Below are positions 12,216-24,855 of a stretch of 64,000 nt of DNA, piece by piece. The stretch is taken from assembly GCF_006345805.1 (NCBI RefSeq), contig NC_042999.1:83204001-83268000 (forward strand). The letters are read 5' to 3'. Below the pieces are notes generated by a model. It had not been told where the DNA came from. It did no database searches and worked only from the letters and a program-made list of their open reading frames with translations. Source of the DNA: Octopus sinensis. Lineage: Eukaryota. The translations under genes and the position numbers were made by a program. Position 1 is the first letter of the stretch. The number at the start of each line of letters is the position of its first letter.

Positions 12216-12741
12216 AAATAATAATAATGATAGTTTCAATTAGCTATAACCACAAACTCAAAAGAGAGGGCGCATCTAATTAATCATGTCAGTATTTGAC
12301 TAGCATTTTATTTTATCATCTCTGGAAGGATGAAAAACAGTCAATCTTAGCAGGATTAGAGCTCAAAAATCCGAAAAAGTACATTACTAAATGCCACATG
12401 ACAATTTTCTCTTTCTCTCTCTCAACCTCTCTCTTTCTTTCTCTCTCTCTCTTTCCTTCTCTGTCTCCCCCTCTCTTTCTCCTTCATCTGTTTTTGCCAC
12501 TTACAGTACCAGCTGCAACAAATGAAATAATGGCTATAAATAAATGAATTTTAAATTTTATCAAAGCCAATTGGCAATTCCCTTATTTATTTGCAGTAAA
12601 ATTGTCACAATGTAATTTGTTTTCTATCGACATTGTTATTGTAGTTCTTGTTTTTCTCTTCTTTAAAATGTCATTTCTTTCCATTATTCTTTTTCCTTTT
12701 TCGTTCAAAATTGTTTGTTTCTTTTCTTTTTTTCTTTGCAG

Positions 12742-12804
12742 CATTCTGAATGGAATGCATCCTCATCTGCAGTTAACAGTTGCACAATTCGAGATAAACC
12801 CGAG
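12742..12804 (+). CDS. Sema-1a: Semaphorin exon 3 (phase 0 to 0): HSEWNASSSAVNSCTIRDKPE
   Basis: tttgcag|CAT...GAG|gtttgt; supplies the W.S......C..(K/R).K segment expected before CQNYIR. Confidence 0.85.
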
Positions 12805-14588
12805 GTTTGTAGTTTCTCCTTTTATAAACCCCAATCTCTCTCCATTTGTCTGTTCTATCGCTAAATTTCAAACAGCAATATTCACAAATCCTTTTATTGG
12901 CTTACTGAACATCCATTACCGTTATTATTCCTCTTATTATACTTATCACCACTATCTCTACCACCACCACCACCACCACCATTATCATTATTATCATCAT
13001 CATCATTACTCTTGAATTCATTTGAGAATTGATGATGATGATAACAATAAATGCTTTTCTTCTTGTCGTCATTCTTCATTGTGCATCTCTTTCAGTAGTT
13101 CAGAAGAATGAAGGAACATTACAGAGAAGTACAAAGATTTAACAAAAGCTAAAAAAAACAACAAAAAAAGAAGCTGTCCAAATTCTTGAAAGAGAATTAA
13201 TTCACTGCAATAATCTTCCTTAATTGAAAATAGTGGTTTAGGTGAATAAGATTGTAAATAGCTTTTTTTTTTTTTTAATTTTCATACAGGTATACTAGCA
13301 ATGGTATATCAACACCTGCTGCAGAGTGCAAAACCATTTCTGTGAAATAAGAGTAGAAACTATCTCAGATCTCCCTCCATATTAGTCATTTCTCCACATA
13401 GCTCAAAGATTTTCCAAATTCTGTTTGAGAGGATGAGATTCATCATCATCATTTAATGTCCTCCTTCCATCATGGCATGGGTGAGATGGCTTGACAGTAG
13501 CTGGCCAGTGGGGGAGCCAATGCCATGCAGCTGTGTCTGTTTTGGCAGGGTTTTTTATGGCTGGATGCCCTACTTAACACCAACCATGCTGTAGAGTGGT
13601 CTGAGTGCTTTTTATGTGGTACTCGAACAGGCAAGGTCAGTTTTGGCATGGATGTTAAACAATAATGATGATAAATACACCCAGAAATTACACACACACA
13701 CACAGAAATTACTGAAGTATATTGAATATTGACTAAAAATAAAATCTGACATGATTTGAGAAAGTTATTTGAAAAGAATTAGGAGTGATGAGAATAATTT
13801 TGAGACTATTAATGTTTGTGGGTTTCGATTTTTTTTTTTTAATCATTATTATTATTTGGTTGGGGTGAGTTGGTAAAGCACTCATTTTCAAATAGTCTGA
13901 TCATAATTTTGATCATTGGTAACCCTGACCATGGTTGCCTTTTTTTAATGAACAAGTGCTTGGGCAGGGATTGAACTTACAAACCTTCATTTCATGTTCT
14001 AGTGGTTTTATCAGCAAAACCAGAAAGGTGAAATAACTGTTGTTCAATCATGGAAACGTAGACATTAAAACAATAATAAAGATTACTACTGCTGCTGCTA
14101 CTTCTACTACGACTACTCTTCCTTATCCGACTTTGTGTTCTTTTTTTTTATTATTCTAAGTAGCCAGACATTGCTACTCAGTTAACAACAGACAGTAGTT
14201 GGTTATTCCATGCTTTGACAATTCTAACCACTTTGCCAGACTCTCAAAATCACCAGCACAAGACTTATTAAATACCACTAGTATGACTTCAGAACATGTA
14301 AAGAATTGGCTTCACTTTATATATGGATAAACAGGAATGGAGCAGGAAAGAAAAAACTTCAGATTTTTAGTGTATTTATTTATAGAAAACAGTTCTTGAA
14401 CCTTTGGTTCCTATACTCTCATAGGGTACAGATACCTACTCTGCTCTCAGTGACAAAAACTGCATTTTTATAGATCATATTTAAAAAAAAAAATTGCAAC
14501 AATGTAAAATTCCATGGTGTTTTTGCCTTTTTGAAAAGGTTCTTTGTTGAAAATAAAATAGAATGCTTTCACATCAACATTTAAACTG

Positions 14589-14633
<45 letters not shown>

Positions 14634-14817
14634 TCATTATCATTGTTTTAACATCCATTTTTCTATGCCCATATGGGTCAGACAGAATTTGTTGAAGCAG
14701 ATTTCCTTTGATCAGGTGCCCTTCCTGTTGCCAACCCTCACCTGTTTTCAAACAACTAAATATTCAATTTGGTCAAATATGTATGTGTATATATCTATGT
14801 ATGTATATATATATATA

Positions 14818-14864
<47 letters not shown>

Positions 14865-15680
14865 ATGTGTGTGTGCATATATATAGATAGATACACACAT
14901 ATTTGAATGTAGAAAAGAGAGAAGGCGTTTTGTTTATTTGCTTGAAACTAGAGAGTCAATTTGTCATCTGAATGATTTACATATGGGAAGAAGTTCTGCA
15001 TGATCACAGAATGAATCACCTGTTTGGAACAAGCGTGCGAGTGTAGAGACACAGGTGTGCATACACACACACACACACGCACGTGCACACACACACACAC
15101 ACATGCCTGAGACATCCAAGGTCTTTCTGTTGTCATTCGATCTGCTGGAAATCTCCCTTATATCACTCTCCAGCATTGGATAACGTTGTCATGGCTGGAA
15201 TGCTTTTGATCATAAATCTGCTCAAACAGGGGCTGATTTGAGGTTAAATATCAACCATTAACAACAACATACATATTCACACACACACATATATATTATT
15301 ACTATTATTATTATTATTATTATTATTATTGTTTCATGGTGTATTGCACACTGGTGCTTCCCTGGAGGGTTCCAGTATCATATCACTTTTTTCTATCCAT
15401 AAAGGTGCTTGCTCCTTGCTCAAAGTAATTGTGGTGTGTTTGTGTATCTATGCAGATACATTAGTGGGTGTGTGCCTGTCTGTAAATGTGTTTGTATAAA
15501 TTGATAAATGTCATTTAGCTGGGAAGGTAGCCAGGTATCAGAGGAAAGTGACTGTTTGAACTCTTGGTATCAACTGTCTCTTGCCTTTCACACACACACA
15601 CATACACACACGCACACACACACACGTATATATAGATAGGTAGATATGTATGTATATCTATCTATCTATCTGTCTATCTA

Positions 15681-15711
<31 letters not shown>

Positions 15712-15777
15712 GTCTATATATATATATATATTGTCCAACCCATGCTAGCATGGAAAGCGGATGCTAAACGATGATGA

Positions 15778-15812
<35 letters not shown>

Positions 15813-16326
15813 AAGTATGGGGGTTTAGTTCACAGGTGATCTAAACAATTAGGTATGCTAGGTAAGTGCTGTAACGGAATACCAGAGTTCCAAGGTTATA
15901 GCTGAGACGGTAGTTATAGAACCGTTGCAGATTTCCAATGCAGCAGCTGATATATAATAGTTAAAGAGGACACCTAACATTAAGTCAAGGTGAACATCTC
16001 AAGTCATATACATTATTATTATTATTATTGCACTTATGCTCTTGCTTCTGCAACATTGGAAAGTTGAACTATGAACTTTTATGCTTCATTTTTCTTCTTC
16101 CTCTCCATCTACTTATTGTTTTACTCCCTTCTTCTATGTCGTCATCTCATTAATATATACCATTCTCATTTTCCCTATTTGTCTCCTATGATGGAATATC
16201 CTGTACATGGGGATATCCCAGAAACAGCTGTAAGACTTTGAATTTTTTTCCAAATAATAATATTGTATACAGTTTGAGATTTTTGCCTTGCCTTAATGTT
16301 TGGTGTCCTCTTTAATTATATATATA

Positions 16327-16602
16327 CCATAAATCCTCGAGTATAATCCGCATTTTTTCCCCCAAATCTAAAAGTCAAAAACCCTAGTGCGTACTATATT
16401 GTATATATGTTATATATACAATAATAATAAAGTACGTTACCGTATACATTTTTACAAACCAAGGACATTATATAGACCTCCTTGACTCAAGTTAGAGAAG
16501 GGGTGCGTATTATACACAATGTTTAGGCTTTTGAGAGGTACAGCCCCCTAATAATCGCCTGCGTATTATACTCAAGGGCAGACTATACTTGAGAATTTAC
16601 TG
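16327..16602. mobile_element. Tc1/mariner (pogo/Tigger-like) MITE
   Basis: Imperfect 25-bp TIR CCATAAATCCTCGAGTATAATCCGC vs reverse complement CAGTAAATTCTCAAGTATAGTCTGC (19/25); TA on the left flank; internal repeats of tgcgta(t/c)tata. Confidence 0.7.
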
Positions 16603-17353
16603 TGTAAAAGGACATCATGTGTAATAGATACACAGAAGTAGTTACTGCTAAGAGTGCCTATGGAATAAATTTTCAAATGTTTAAGGGTTCCCTAGAAGTA
16701 ATTGTTAAAGACTTGTTACCTAGGTTACTACATTAACAGTTGATAGTTGCAGGTGCATAAGAGCCAGGAACTATCATTGCTTCTACTAGCAATGAAAGGA
16801 TTCCTTTTCTAAATGAAGGAAGGGTGTAATTTTATGATGCATGTATACAGTTTGTGTTGTTACATCACAGGGAACATTGTCATTGAATATAGAGGCTATT
16901 AACGAAAGCTGGAAAGAGAAAAAGTAAACATGTTATAATGTATAATGTTAGTGTACCTGAATGTTCAAATACAAATGAGCTGAATCAAAAGTTGGATGCG
17001 AAAGGTATTAGATGCAGCGTGCAATAGAGAAGACTGTGCTGGTACAGATACAAGATGCATTTGGAGGATGATATTTGGTTAAAGAAGTACCTAGCAATCC
17101 ATGTAGAAGAGAGTTGCAGAAGAGAAAGATGGGAATGATAAAAAGACCACAACAAATAGTGAGATGTTGTGCTGGAGAAGACCCATCCAACCCATGAAAG
17201 CATGGAAAAACAGATATTGAATAATAATGATGGTGGTGGTGGTGGTGGTGGTGGTTGGTGGTAATGATAACAGTGTACATATAATAATAATGTTAATGAT
17301 AATAATAATAATGATAATTATGTAAATTTTACCTTCTATTATGTCATTAACAG

Positions 17354-17455
17354 AATTGTCAGAACTACATACGTGTTATTGCCCTTAATGAGACGAATTT
17401 GTTTGTTTGTGGCACCAATGCATTTAAGCCTATATGTCGGTCCTATGATATTGAG
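17354..17455 (+). CDS. Sema-1a: Semaphorin exon 4 (phase 0 to 0): NCQNYIRVIALNETNLFVCGTNAFKPICRSYDIE
   Basis: aacag|AAT...GAG|gtaagt; CQNYIR and CGTNAFKP.C motifs. Confidence 0.96.
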
Positions 17456-18455
17456 GTAAGTTGTGGTTTCTTGTTTTATTATATATATATATATATAAAA
17501 CTTATATGTTTTTTTTATTGTGTGGCATATCTCAGCCTATGATAGATATCCTGTATCACAGTTTGTCATTTTAATAAAAATCCATTTGCCCTATATTAAC
17601 ATTTCACTGATCCAGACTGCTTTAATTAGGTTCACAACAAGCAGACACTGTGTGTACTTGTACAGCCTTTTGCTTAGGTCAGTTGGAGCACTGTGTAATT
17701 CAATGTTTAATTAGCTTCTGATATTTAACTGAAAATCTTTCACATGAGGCATCAACTGTTTAGCCCCAGGTCAGCCGGAATGCTGGTCAAATATAGTGAT
17801 TCATGAGGTTGACTTAGCCCCCCCCCCCATCAAAGCTGCTGGCCTGGTGCTTGTATCAAGCAATTTCTTATGGTGGGGATGACAATACATTGTCATAAGA
17901 TAGTGGCTGAACAAATATTACCCTGGGTATTTTTATATGAAAGTGCTTGTTTTTCAGTTTTATCGATGATGTTGACATCTTTTGTTCACATACATCAGCA
18001 AAAGACATTCAGCAATCTTCTGCACAGTTTCCTTCCACCAAATTCCACTCACAAGACATTGGTCAAACACCTGTGGCTTCAGTATAAGACACTTGCCCAA
18101 AGTGCCGAGTGATGGAATCGAATCTAGAACCATTTAGCAGCAAAACCAAATTTCTTAACCATTTAGCTATGCCCGCAAAAGAAAATTTATATTCTTCTTT
18201 GTTTATGCCATATCAATGACAGAATATTGTCAGAATTTATTACAACTTTGTAAGAGGATGTGTTCTTGTCATACATCCTTAACCAGTTAAATTCTGGTCA
18301 TGGGAAATAACGTATCAATAAGGAAGTGAATCATCTTAATGCATTTAAATACCAAAGATCTCCATATGTCTGTGTGTGTATGTAAATATATGTATGCGCA
18401 TGTCTCTGCATGTGTATCAATATGTGTGCATGTGTATATTTATGTGTGTACACAC

Positions 18456-18486
<31 letters not shown>

Positions 18487-18520
18487 GTTGTTTGTATATG
18501 TATGAATCTATCTATTCTTC

Positions 18521-18581
<61 letters not shown>

Positions 18582-18736
18582 TAGCTTAAGTGTGTATGTA
18601 TATGCATGAATACATACATATACATCTATGTGTATGCATTCACATATGTGTATATTATACATAAACGCATATTTCTTGAAATTAAATATCTTATTCAGTT
18701 TTTTCTTTTTTTTTCTCCCCTTCCATTTTCTGACAG

Positions 18737-18824
18737 CATGGCAGTTATGTTACTCGTTACGAATATAATGGAGTTGGAAAATGTCCATTTGACCCAAAGC
18801 ATAACAGCACGGCAATACTCGTAG
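18737..18824 (+). CDS. Sema-1a: Semaphorin exon 5 (phase 0 to 1): HGSYVTRYEYNGVGKCPFDPKHNSTAILV(D)
   Basis: tgacag|CAT...GTAG|gtaagt; G..CP(F/Y)DP.HNST motif. Confidence 0.96.
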
Positions 18825-19082
18825 GTAAGTGATTAGCATGCTGCTTTTCCAAGTTTGACATAATCGTAACATCTCCAGAATTTTGAAACGTTTCTCAGAT
18901 TTCATAAATTGAGGACTATGGTCCTGTCACTCAAATCCTGCTTTCTGCTAAGCCAAAATGGTAAAAGAGTTTTCACTTGGTTCAGGGTATTTTTGACATT
19001 TCCTGTTTTGTGTGGGTGTATATGTATGTGTATATATATATATGTATACACACACACACACGTGTGTGTGTGCGTAATATAT

Positions 19083-19151
<69 letters not shown>

Positions 19152-21417
19152 TTATGCTTTTATGAATCATAGCTTCGTTTGTTGTTTCCTCTGGGCCATT
19201 TACTGGTTCAATGAATTTATGCCACATGGTATTTTTCTGCTTGATTCACCTATTCATTGAGAATTCTTGCAGTAAGATACACACGCACATAAAATTCTGA
19301 TCTTCTCATCACCGTTTTACTTTCCTCAACATCTCATCTTAACCCTTTAGCATTCAGACTACTGTCAAATGTGATGCTTATTTATTTAGACTGGTTTGAA
19401 TTTATCCTGCGTTATCTCTTAGCTTTGAGATTTCAGTGATATGGCTGTTTATTTTTAGAATGATATTGTAGAGTAGGTGTGAGAGGCAGGATCTAGCCAA
19501 TTTGAATGCAAAACATGTAGAATATCTTAACTTGATATGGCTGGTTTACATGCAAAAGTGTCAAGCTCAGTTTCTGTCATTGCCCTCTCTTATATTCTCC
19601 CAGTCAAAGGAGTTGAGCCTCCTTAGTCTTGTAAGTTATAAAGCAGCCTCATTATTGCTGGTGACCTGATAAAACATATTCAATATACTGTAAAGTGATT
19701 AGCAAATTGAGCATAGGGTCAAGAAGACACTTTATTCTTGCCAAGGTCATGTGAGCTTCTCCATTACTGGTGCTATGATATAGTGCACCCAGTACTCTGT
19801 AAATTGGTTGGTATTAGGAAGAGCAGCCAGCTGTTGTTTGAGATGTCTAAGTTAAATATGGTCCTCTGATTCAGACTGGAACATCCCATCCGAGCCATGC
19901 CAGCATGAATAACATGTTAAATTAAAAATGATGATGCTGAAGCTGTATATGAATTGCAAGTGATTTAATCTTAAAGTGTGTATTGAAACTAAGGTAACTA
20001 CATCATGAAAGAGCCATAAAACTGCACAGAAAGCTGTTAAATTCTAGGATGTCCTGAAGAATTGCTATTTTGAATAAGGTAGCATAACAGTTAATCAATC
20101 TTTAGAACCTCATGTAAATTGTTAGATATCCAAATTTCAGTTGCATATTAAACCCTATTAGTGCTTCATTTGGTTTTCTTTTTTTTTTTATATTATGTAC
20201 ATTAGAATAATTTAGAGTATATCAGAGTTTATCTTTTTATTATAGCATCATAAATTATATAATCTTTACAGATGTTTCACTTATGAATATTAGTAATCAT
20301 TATGTAGTTGATTGCATGATAATATCGAAATGCCAGGTCTTCAGAAGAAAACGATAATTCAATCCACTATTATTTACCAGCAGCAGGCAGTTGCATTTTA
20401 AGATACAACTGTACAGACTTAAGAGAATCATCTTTTTTATAGCAGTGAAGAAGAAAAAGACTTAGTTTAAATTTATCAGAAAATAAAGAAAAGAAGGAAG
20501 ATGTATATGAGGAAGAACTGTAGTTACTATCTTACTGTTCAGGATTTTGTATATTAGTATTACACCTGTCATAGCTATTTGATTCAACATTAATCATTAG
20601 ACTTTTTTTGTATATATATTATATTTTGTTATGGTTTTTATCTCTTTCTAGTTGCTTATTCACTCTGAAGAGATTTAGAATCACTAATTTCATTTGCTAG
20701 TTTTATTAAATTTTTCCAACTCTCAGTAAAATTATCTATTTTGTTTATGGTTATATTAGGTTTTTATTAATTTCATTCCTAGATCTACAGCTAGTTATGT
20801 TATCATTCTGGTTAATTATATTAGCTATGATTATACTAGTATTATCACTTATTCATTTATTTGCAGTATTTTTACGCTCGGAAGGTTGAGTTAAGAGGTT
20901 ATGTGGTGCATTAATGTTTCAGATGTTTATGTAGAAATTATGCTAAATTTAGAGTTATTTCTATCAGTGGATGTAATAATTTGGATTTAGTATTGGAAAC
21001 GGTGAATAAAACATTCACTGGTATTGTGGAACAGACACCCAGCTGAATAGAAATCTACTATGTGCCCACTGTGTGACACATTGGGTGTCTTCTACTACAG
21101 CGCTGGGCCAACTGAAGCCTTTCTGAGGAGATATGGTTTCCAAACCTGAGAGAAGCCTCTTTTATGTGTGTGTGGCATCAGTTGGATGGTTTGACTAGAA
21201 CAGATGAGTCAGAGAGCTCTGCTAGGCTCCTGCTTTGGCATGATTTCTACTGCTGGATATCCTTCCTTAATGTCAACCACTTAAGTGTGTGTGTGTATGT
21301 ATATATAGATATATAGCTTTATATATATATTCACAGAGAGAGAGAGAGAGAGATAAAATGGTAAGACAACAAAAGAAAGAAAGAGACCTCGATATTATGT
21401 AAATAGAAGAATTTATC

Positions 21418-21700
21418 TGTAAATGTAATATGTGACAATTATTCGGTAGCCATGTTAAAACTCTGCACTTCGGATGCCAAGGTGGAAATCCAAGCTGCCA
21501 TCTCTTCAGTTATCCGGCCATTGGAAAAATGCTATGTAAAATGACCATTATAAAAGGGCCCTATGTATAACGGTCATTTTTCATAGCATTTTTCCGATGG
21601 CCGGATAACTGAAGAGATGGCGGTCTGGATTTCCACCTCGGTATCCGAAACTCGGAGTTTTATCATGGCAACCGAATAATTGTCACATATTACATTTACA
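21418..21700. repeat. Foldback element: 135-bp inverted arms with a 13-nt spacer
   Basis: 21418-21552 is the reverse complement of 21566-21700 with ~14 mismatches counted by eye; lies between (GA)n and (CA)n tracts. Confidence 0.92.
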
Positions 21701-22389
21701 CACACACACATATGTATGTGTGTGTGTCTCCTCATCTTGTTTCTTGACATCATCTGCTAATAGTAAATGGACATTACTGTCATAAAGGCAATGTTGTTCC
21801 TTTGCGTCCTTCCCTGAAAGCATATTAACTTGCTCAGAAATGGACAAGTGTTAATGACAGGAAAGGCATCCACCCATAGAAATTCTACCTTAACTGAATT
21901 TCATGTGACCCATGCAGGCATGGAACACTGTTAAAATGATGGATGGCAACAAAATAGTGATAGTATCGTTTGAATACATAAACAGGTAAAAAAAAGGTAT
22001 TCAGTAAAAAGATTTTATACTTTTATTTAATATTAAAGCAGCCCTCTCACTCATCTCTCCAGATAATCAATATATTTTCTGTGTTTTTCGGGGTTTTTTT
22101 TTTTAGGATCATATACAGCATGTGAGAAACATGAGTAGCTGTACATTACCATTAACAACATGATCGTTGTGTAGTTTTCATGAACTTCCACTCGCTTCCC
22201 CCTCGTCCTCATCATCATCCTCCTCATTATTATAATTGCGATTGATGCACTGGAATTGTGTCAGTGACCAAGTCATAGATGTACAATGGAAAAACCTTTG
22301 ATATTCCGGAGTATACAATACTATCATCACAAAAAAAATGTGTATATATATATAATATATATATATATGTATGTATATATATATGTATG

Positions 22390-22461
<72 letters not shown>

Positions 22462-22703
22462 ATGCATATATATATATATAATATAAAAAACAAAATTAGA
22501 TGTAGCAGTATATCTGTATTTTAAATAGCTATCATGTCTCTTTTCACTATATATAAACTGTTTTAGTTTCAACTCAGATCAATACCAGATCAATTGACTT
22601 GCCAAACAACTACAATTCCAATTATCTTCTTTTCTTTTTTTTTTACTTCTCTTTCTTTCTTTTTTTTTTCATTTGTTTCTTTCTTCCTCTTTTTTTTTTG
22701 CAG

Positions 22704-22808
22704 ACAAACATCTCTTTACTGCCACAGTTACAGATACATCAGGTCGGGATCCTTTAATATTTAGGGAGATGATCCGTACAGAACAACACGACTCCAGATG
22801 GCTAAATG
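22704..22808 (+). CDS. Sema-1a: Semaphorin exon 6 (phase 1 to 1): (D)KHLFTATVTDTSGRDPLIFREMIRTEQHDSRWLN(E)
   Basis: ttgcag|AC...AATG|gtaaag; L(F/Y)TATV.D.SG.DPLI(F/Y)R and RTEQ.DS.WLN motifs. Confidence 0.96.
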
Positions 22809-23060
22809 GTAAAGAACTTTGTTTCTCTTTTGTTTTTCAAGATAAATCTCTCTCTTTCACACCACCACTTCCCCACCTCTCTCTCTCTCTCTCTCTTCAT
22901 TGATTTGATATTTTTCTGTAATTTTTTTTTTCCTTTTTGTCTTCATTTCCGTTAAAATCCTTGTCCATTATTGTATTTCACATTTTTTCATGTTTTTGTT
23001 TCATTTTTCATTCTTTGTTCATCATAACATTTCAGCTGTGCATTCATTATACATGCATAC

Positions 23061-23094
<34 letters not shown>

Positions 23095-23810
23095 CCACAC
23101 AAAAACACACACACACATACATAATTTTCATACAGGGTTGTTGAATTTCAACATGTGGGCTTTCCACAGTTGTTGTTATTGTTGTTCTTATTGCCTTTCT
23201 CCTCTTCCTTCTTCATGAAGGAAACTTATTTCTTTTAGTTAAAACCCAATTTCTTTATCAGAAGAATTCAAAAGACATACCAAAAAGGAGACACACATGC
23301 ATTCACACACAAAAACAAATTAAATGCTTTGTATATGTGTATGAGTTTAAATAGACAGACAGACAGATAGATAGATAGATCCAATGTAGGCTCAGGCATA
23401 GCTATGTGGTGAAGAAGTTTTCTTTGTAATCATATGGTTTGAGTTCAGTCCCACTCTGTGGTATCTTGGCTAAGTGTCTTCTACTATTTAGCTGCAAGCT
23501 GACAAAAGCCTTGTGAGTGAATTGGTAACAGAAACTATAGGAAGCCTATTGTATGTGTATGTGCATGTACATATAAATGTGCGTGGGTGTTGATATCCCA
23601 TGATTTTGCTTAAGTAAAATGATGATACATTTAAGTTCTTTAACATCATACCCAATCATTTCACACTTTTGAAAACCTGTGGAAGAAGAAATCTTTTATT
23701 TGAAAAACATTTAAGTATTGGCAACAGGTAGAACATCCAGCCATAAAATCTTGCTTCAAATATGTCCCCATCTTAACCCATTCTAGCATAGAAAAGTAGA
23801 TGTTAAGCAA

Positions 23811-23852
<42 letters not shown>

Positions 23853-23971
23853 ATATACATAAACATACATACACATGTAACCCATAATTGTTTGTCTGAT
23901 AATCTATACTTTGTTTCACCTTTGCTTTTAAGGAATTCCTGAAGAGCTATAGGTGAAACAAAATATATTTT

Positions 23972-24273
23972 CCAGTTCTATATTTAAGTGATGAAGAATT
24001 ATGTACATTATTTACATTATGTACATATGCCCATGGGCATATGGCATAGTGGTTAAGAGCGTGGTCTACTAAACCCAAGATTCCGAGTTCAATTCTAAGC
24101 AGTGACCTGAACAGCAATAATAATAATAACAACATCAAAAAATGCCTTAGGAATGAGAACCTAGGTTCAAAATTTCCCCAAGACACCTGAAGAAGGCTGG
24201 AGGATATATCAGCCGAAATGTTGTGTTAACAACAAACAAGATGAGGACAAATAGCAGTCTAATGTAAATAATG
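23972..24273 (+). mobile_element. SINE family E: tRNA head, (AAT)n, hammerhead-like 3' part, inverted tail at the 5' side, 12-bp TSD
   Basis: A box TGGCATAGTGG 24042-24052; B box GAGTTCAATTC 24085-24095; TSD AAAATATATTTT at 23960-23971 and 24274-24285. Confidence 0.8.
24182..24227 (+). ncRNA. Minimal type-I hammerhead-ribozyme-like motif
   Basis: GACAC-CTGAAGA-A-GGCTG(loop 10)CAGCC-GAAA-TGTT-GTGTT: core CUGANGA and GAAA, 5-bp helix II, 5-bp helix I (one G-U), rudimentary helix III. Activity untested. Confidence 0.6.
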
Positions 24274-24766
24274 AAAATATATTTTGTTAGACTAATGATT
24301 ATAACTTAAATACTTATTTATTCTCAGACTTAGAGTTCTTTATCCTAAGTGGCTGAATTTATCTATCTGATTGGACAATTTGCCTGAATCAATACAACTC
24401 TTCCATACTAGATGTCGTGGTTTTCCGTAGCAGTTTTCATTTCCTGAACCTGATATCCAGTGTGTTCCGCAAGTTGATTGATGTACAGAACTCTCGGTCT
24501 GCTGATACCTGTATGTCCATGCAGGGGTGGAGTGGAGTTGGTAGTGAGCGGGGTGGTCTTCCTAACATAATGTTTTCTTCATTCTCTGGTTACCGAAGTG
24601 ATGGTAGTAAGACTTGCCATACAGTCGCTGTAATACTGTTTTATTACACCTTGCTGAAACAAATGACAATAAAGAAAAAAGGAACACTACCACCTACAAT
24701 AACTACTACAGTAACAAAGTTGGCTAATGTTTTCTTTTTTTTTTTTATCCTTTTTTTTTTTTTCAG

Positions 24767-24855
24767 AACCTGACTTTGTCAGCTCTTTTGAATATGGCGA
24801 TAAAGTTTATTTCATTTATAGAGAAGCAGCTGTTGAAAACATAAACTGTGGGAAG
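24767..24855 (+). CDS. Sema-1a: Semaphorin exon 7 (phase 1 to 0): (E)PDFVSSFEYGDKVYFIYREAAVENINCGK
   Basis: tttcag|AA...AAG|gtatac; P.FV.SF..GD.VYF..RE.AVE.INCGK motif typical of class 1. Confidence 0.96.

Noticed and set aside
20330-20530. Acidic/lysine-rich coding-like stretch (SSEEEKDLV*..ENKEKKEDVYEEEL*)
   Set aside because: It has several stops and no recognisable family; purine-rich low complexity is enough to explain it.
24035-24110. tRNA gene calls for A/B-box sequences (also 37966, 44198, 60473)
   Set aside because: No complete cloverleaf is evident, and each continues into a repeated SINE body with a tail or TSD.
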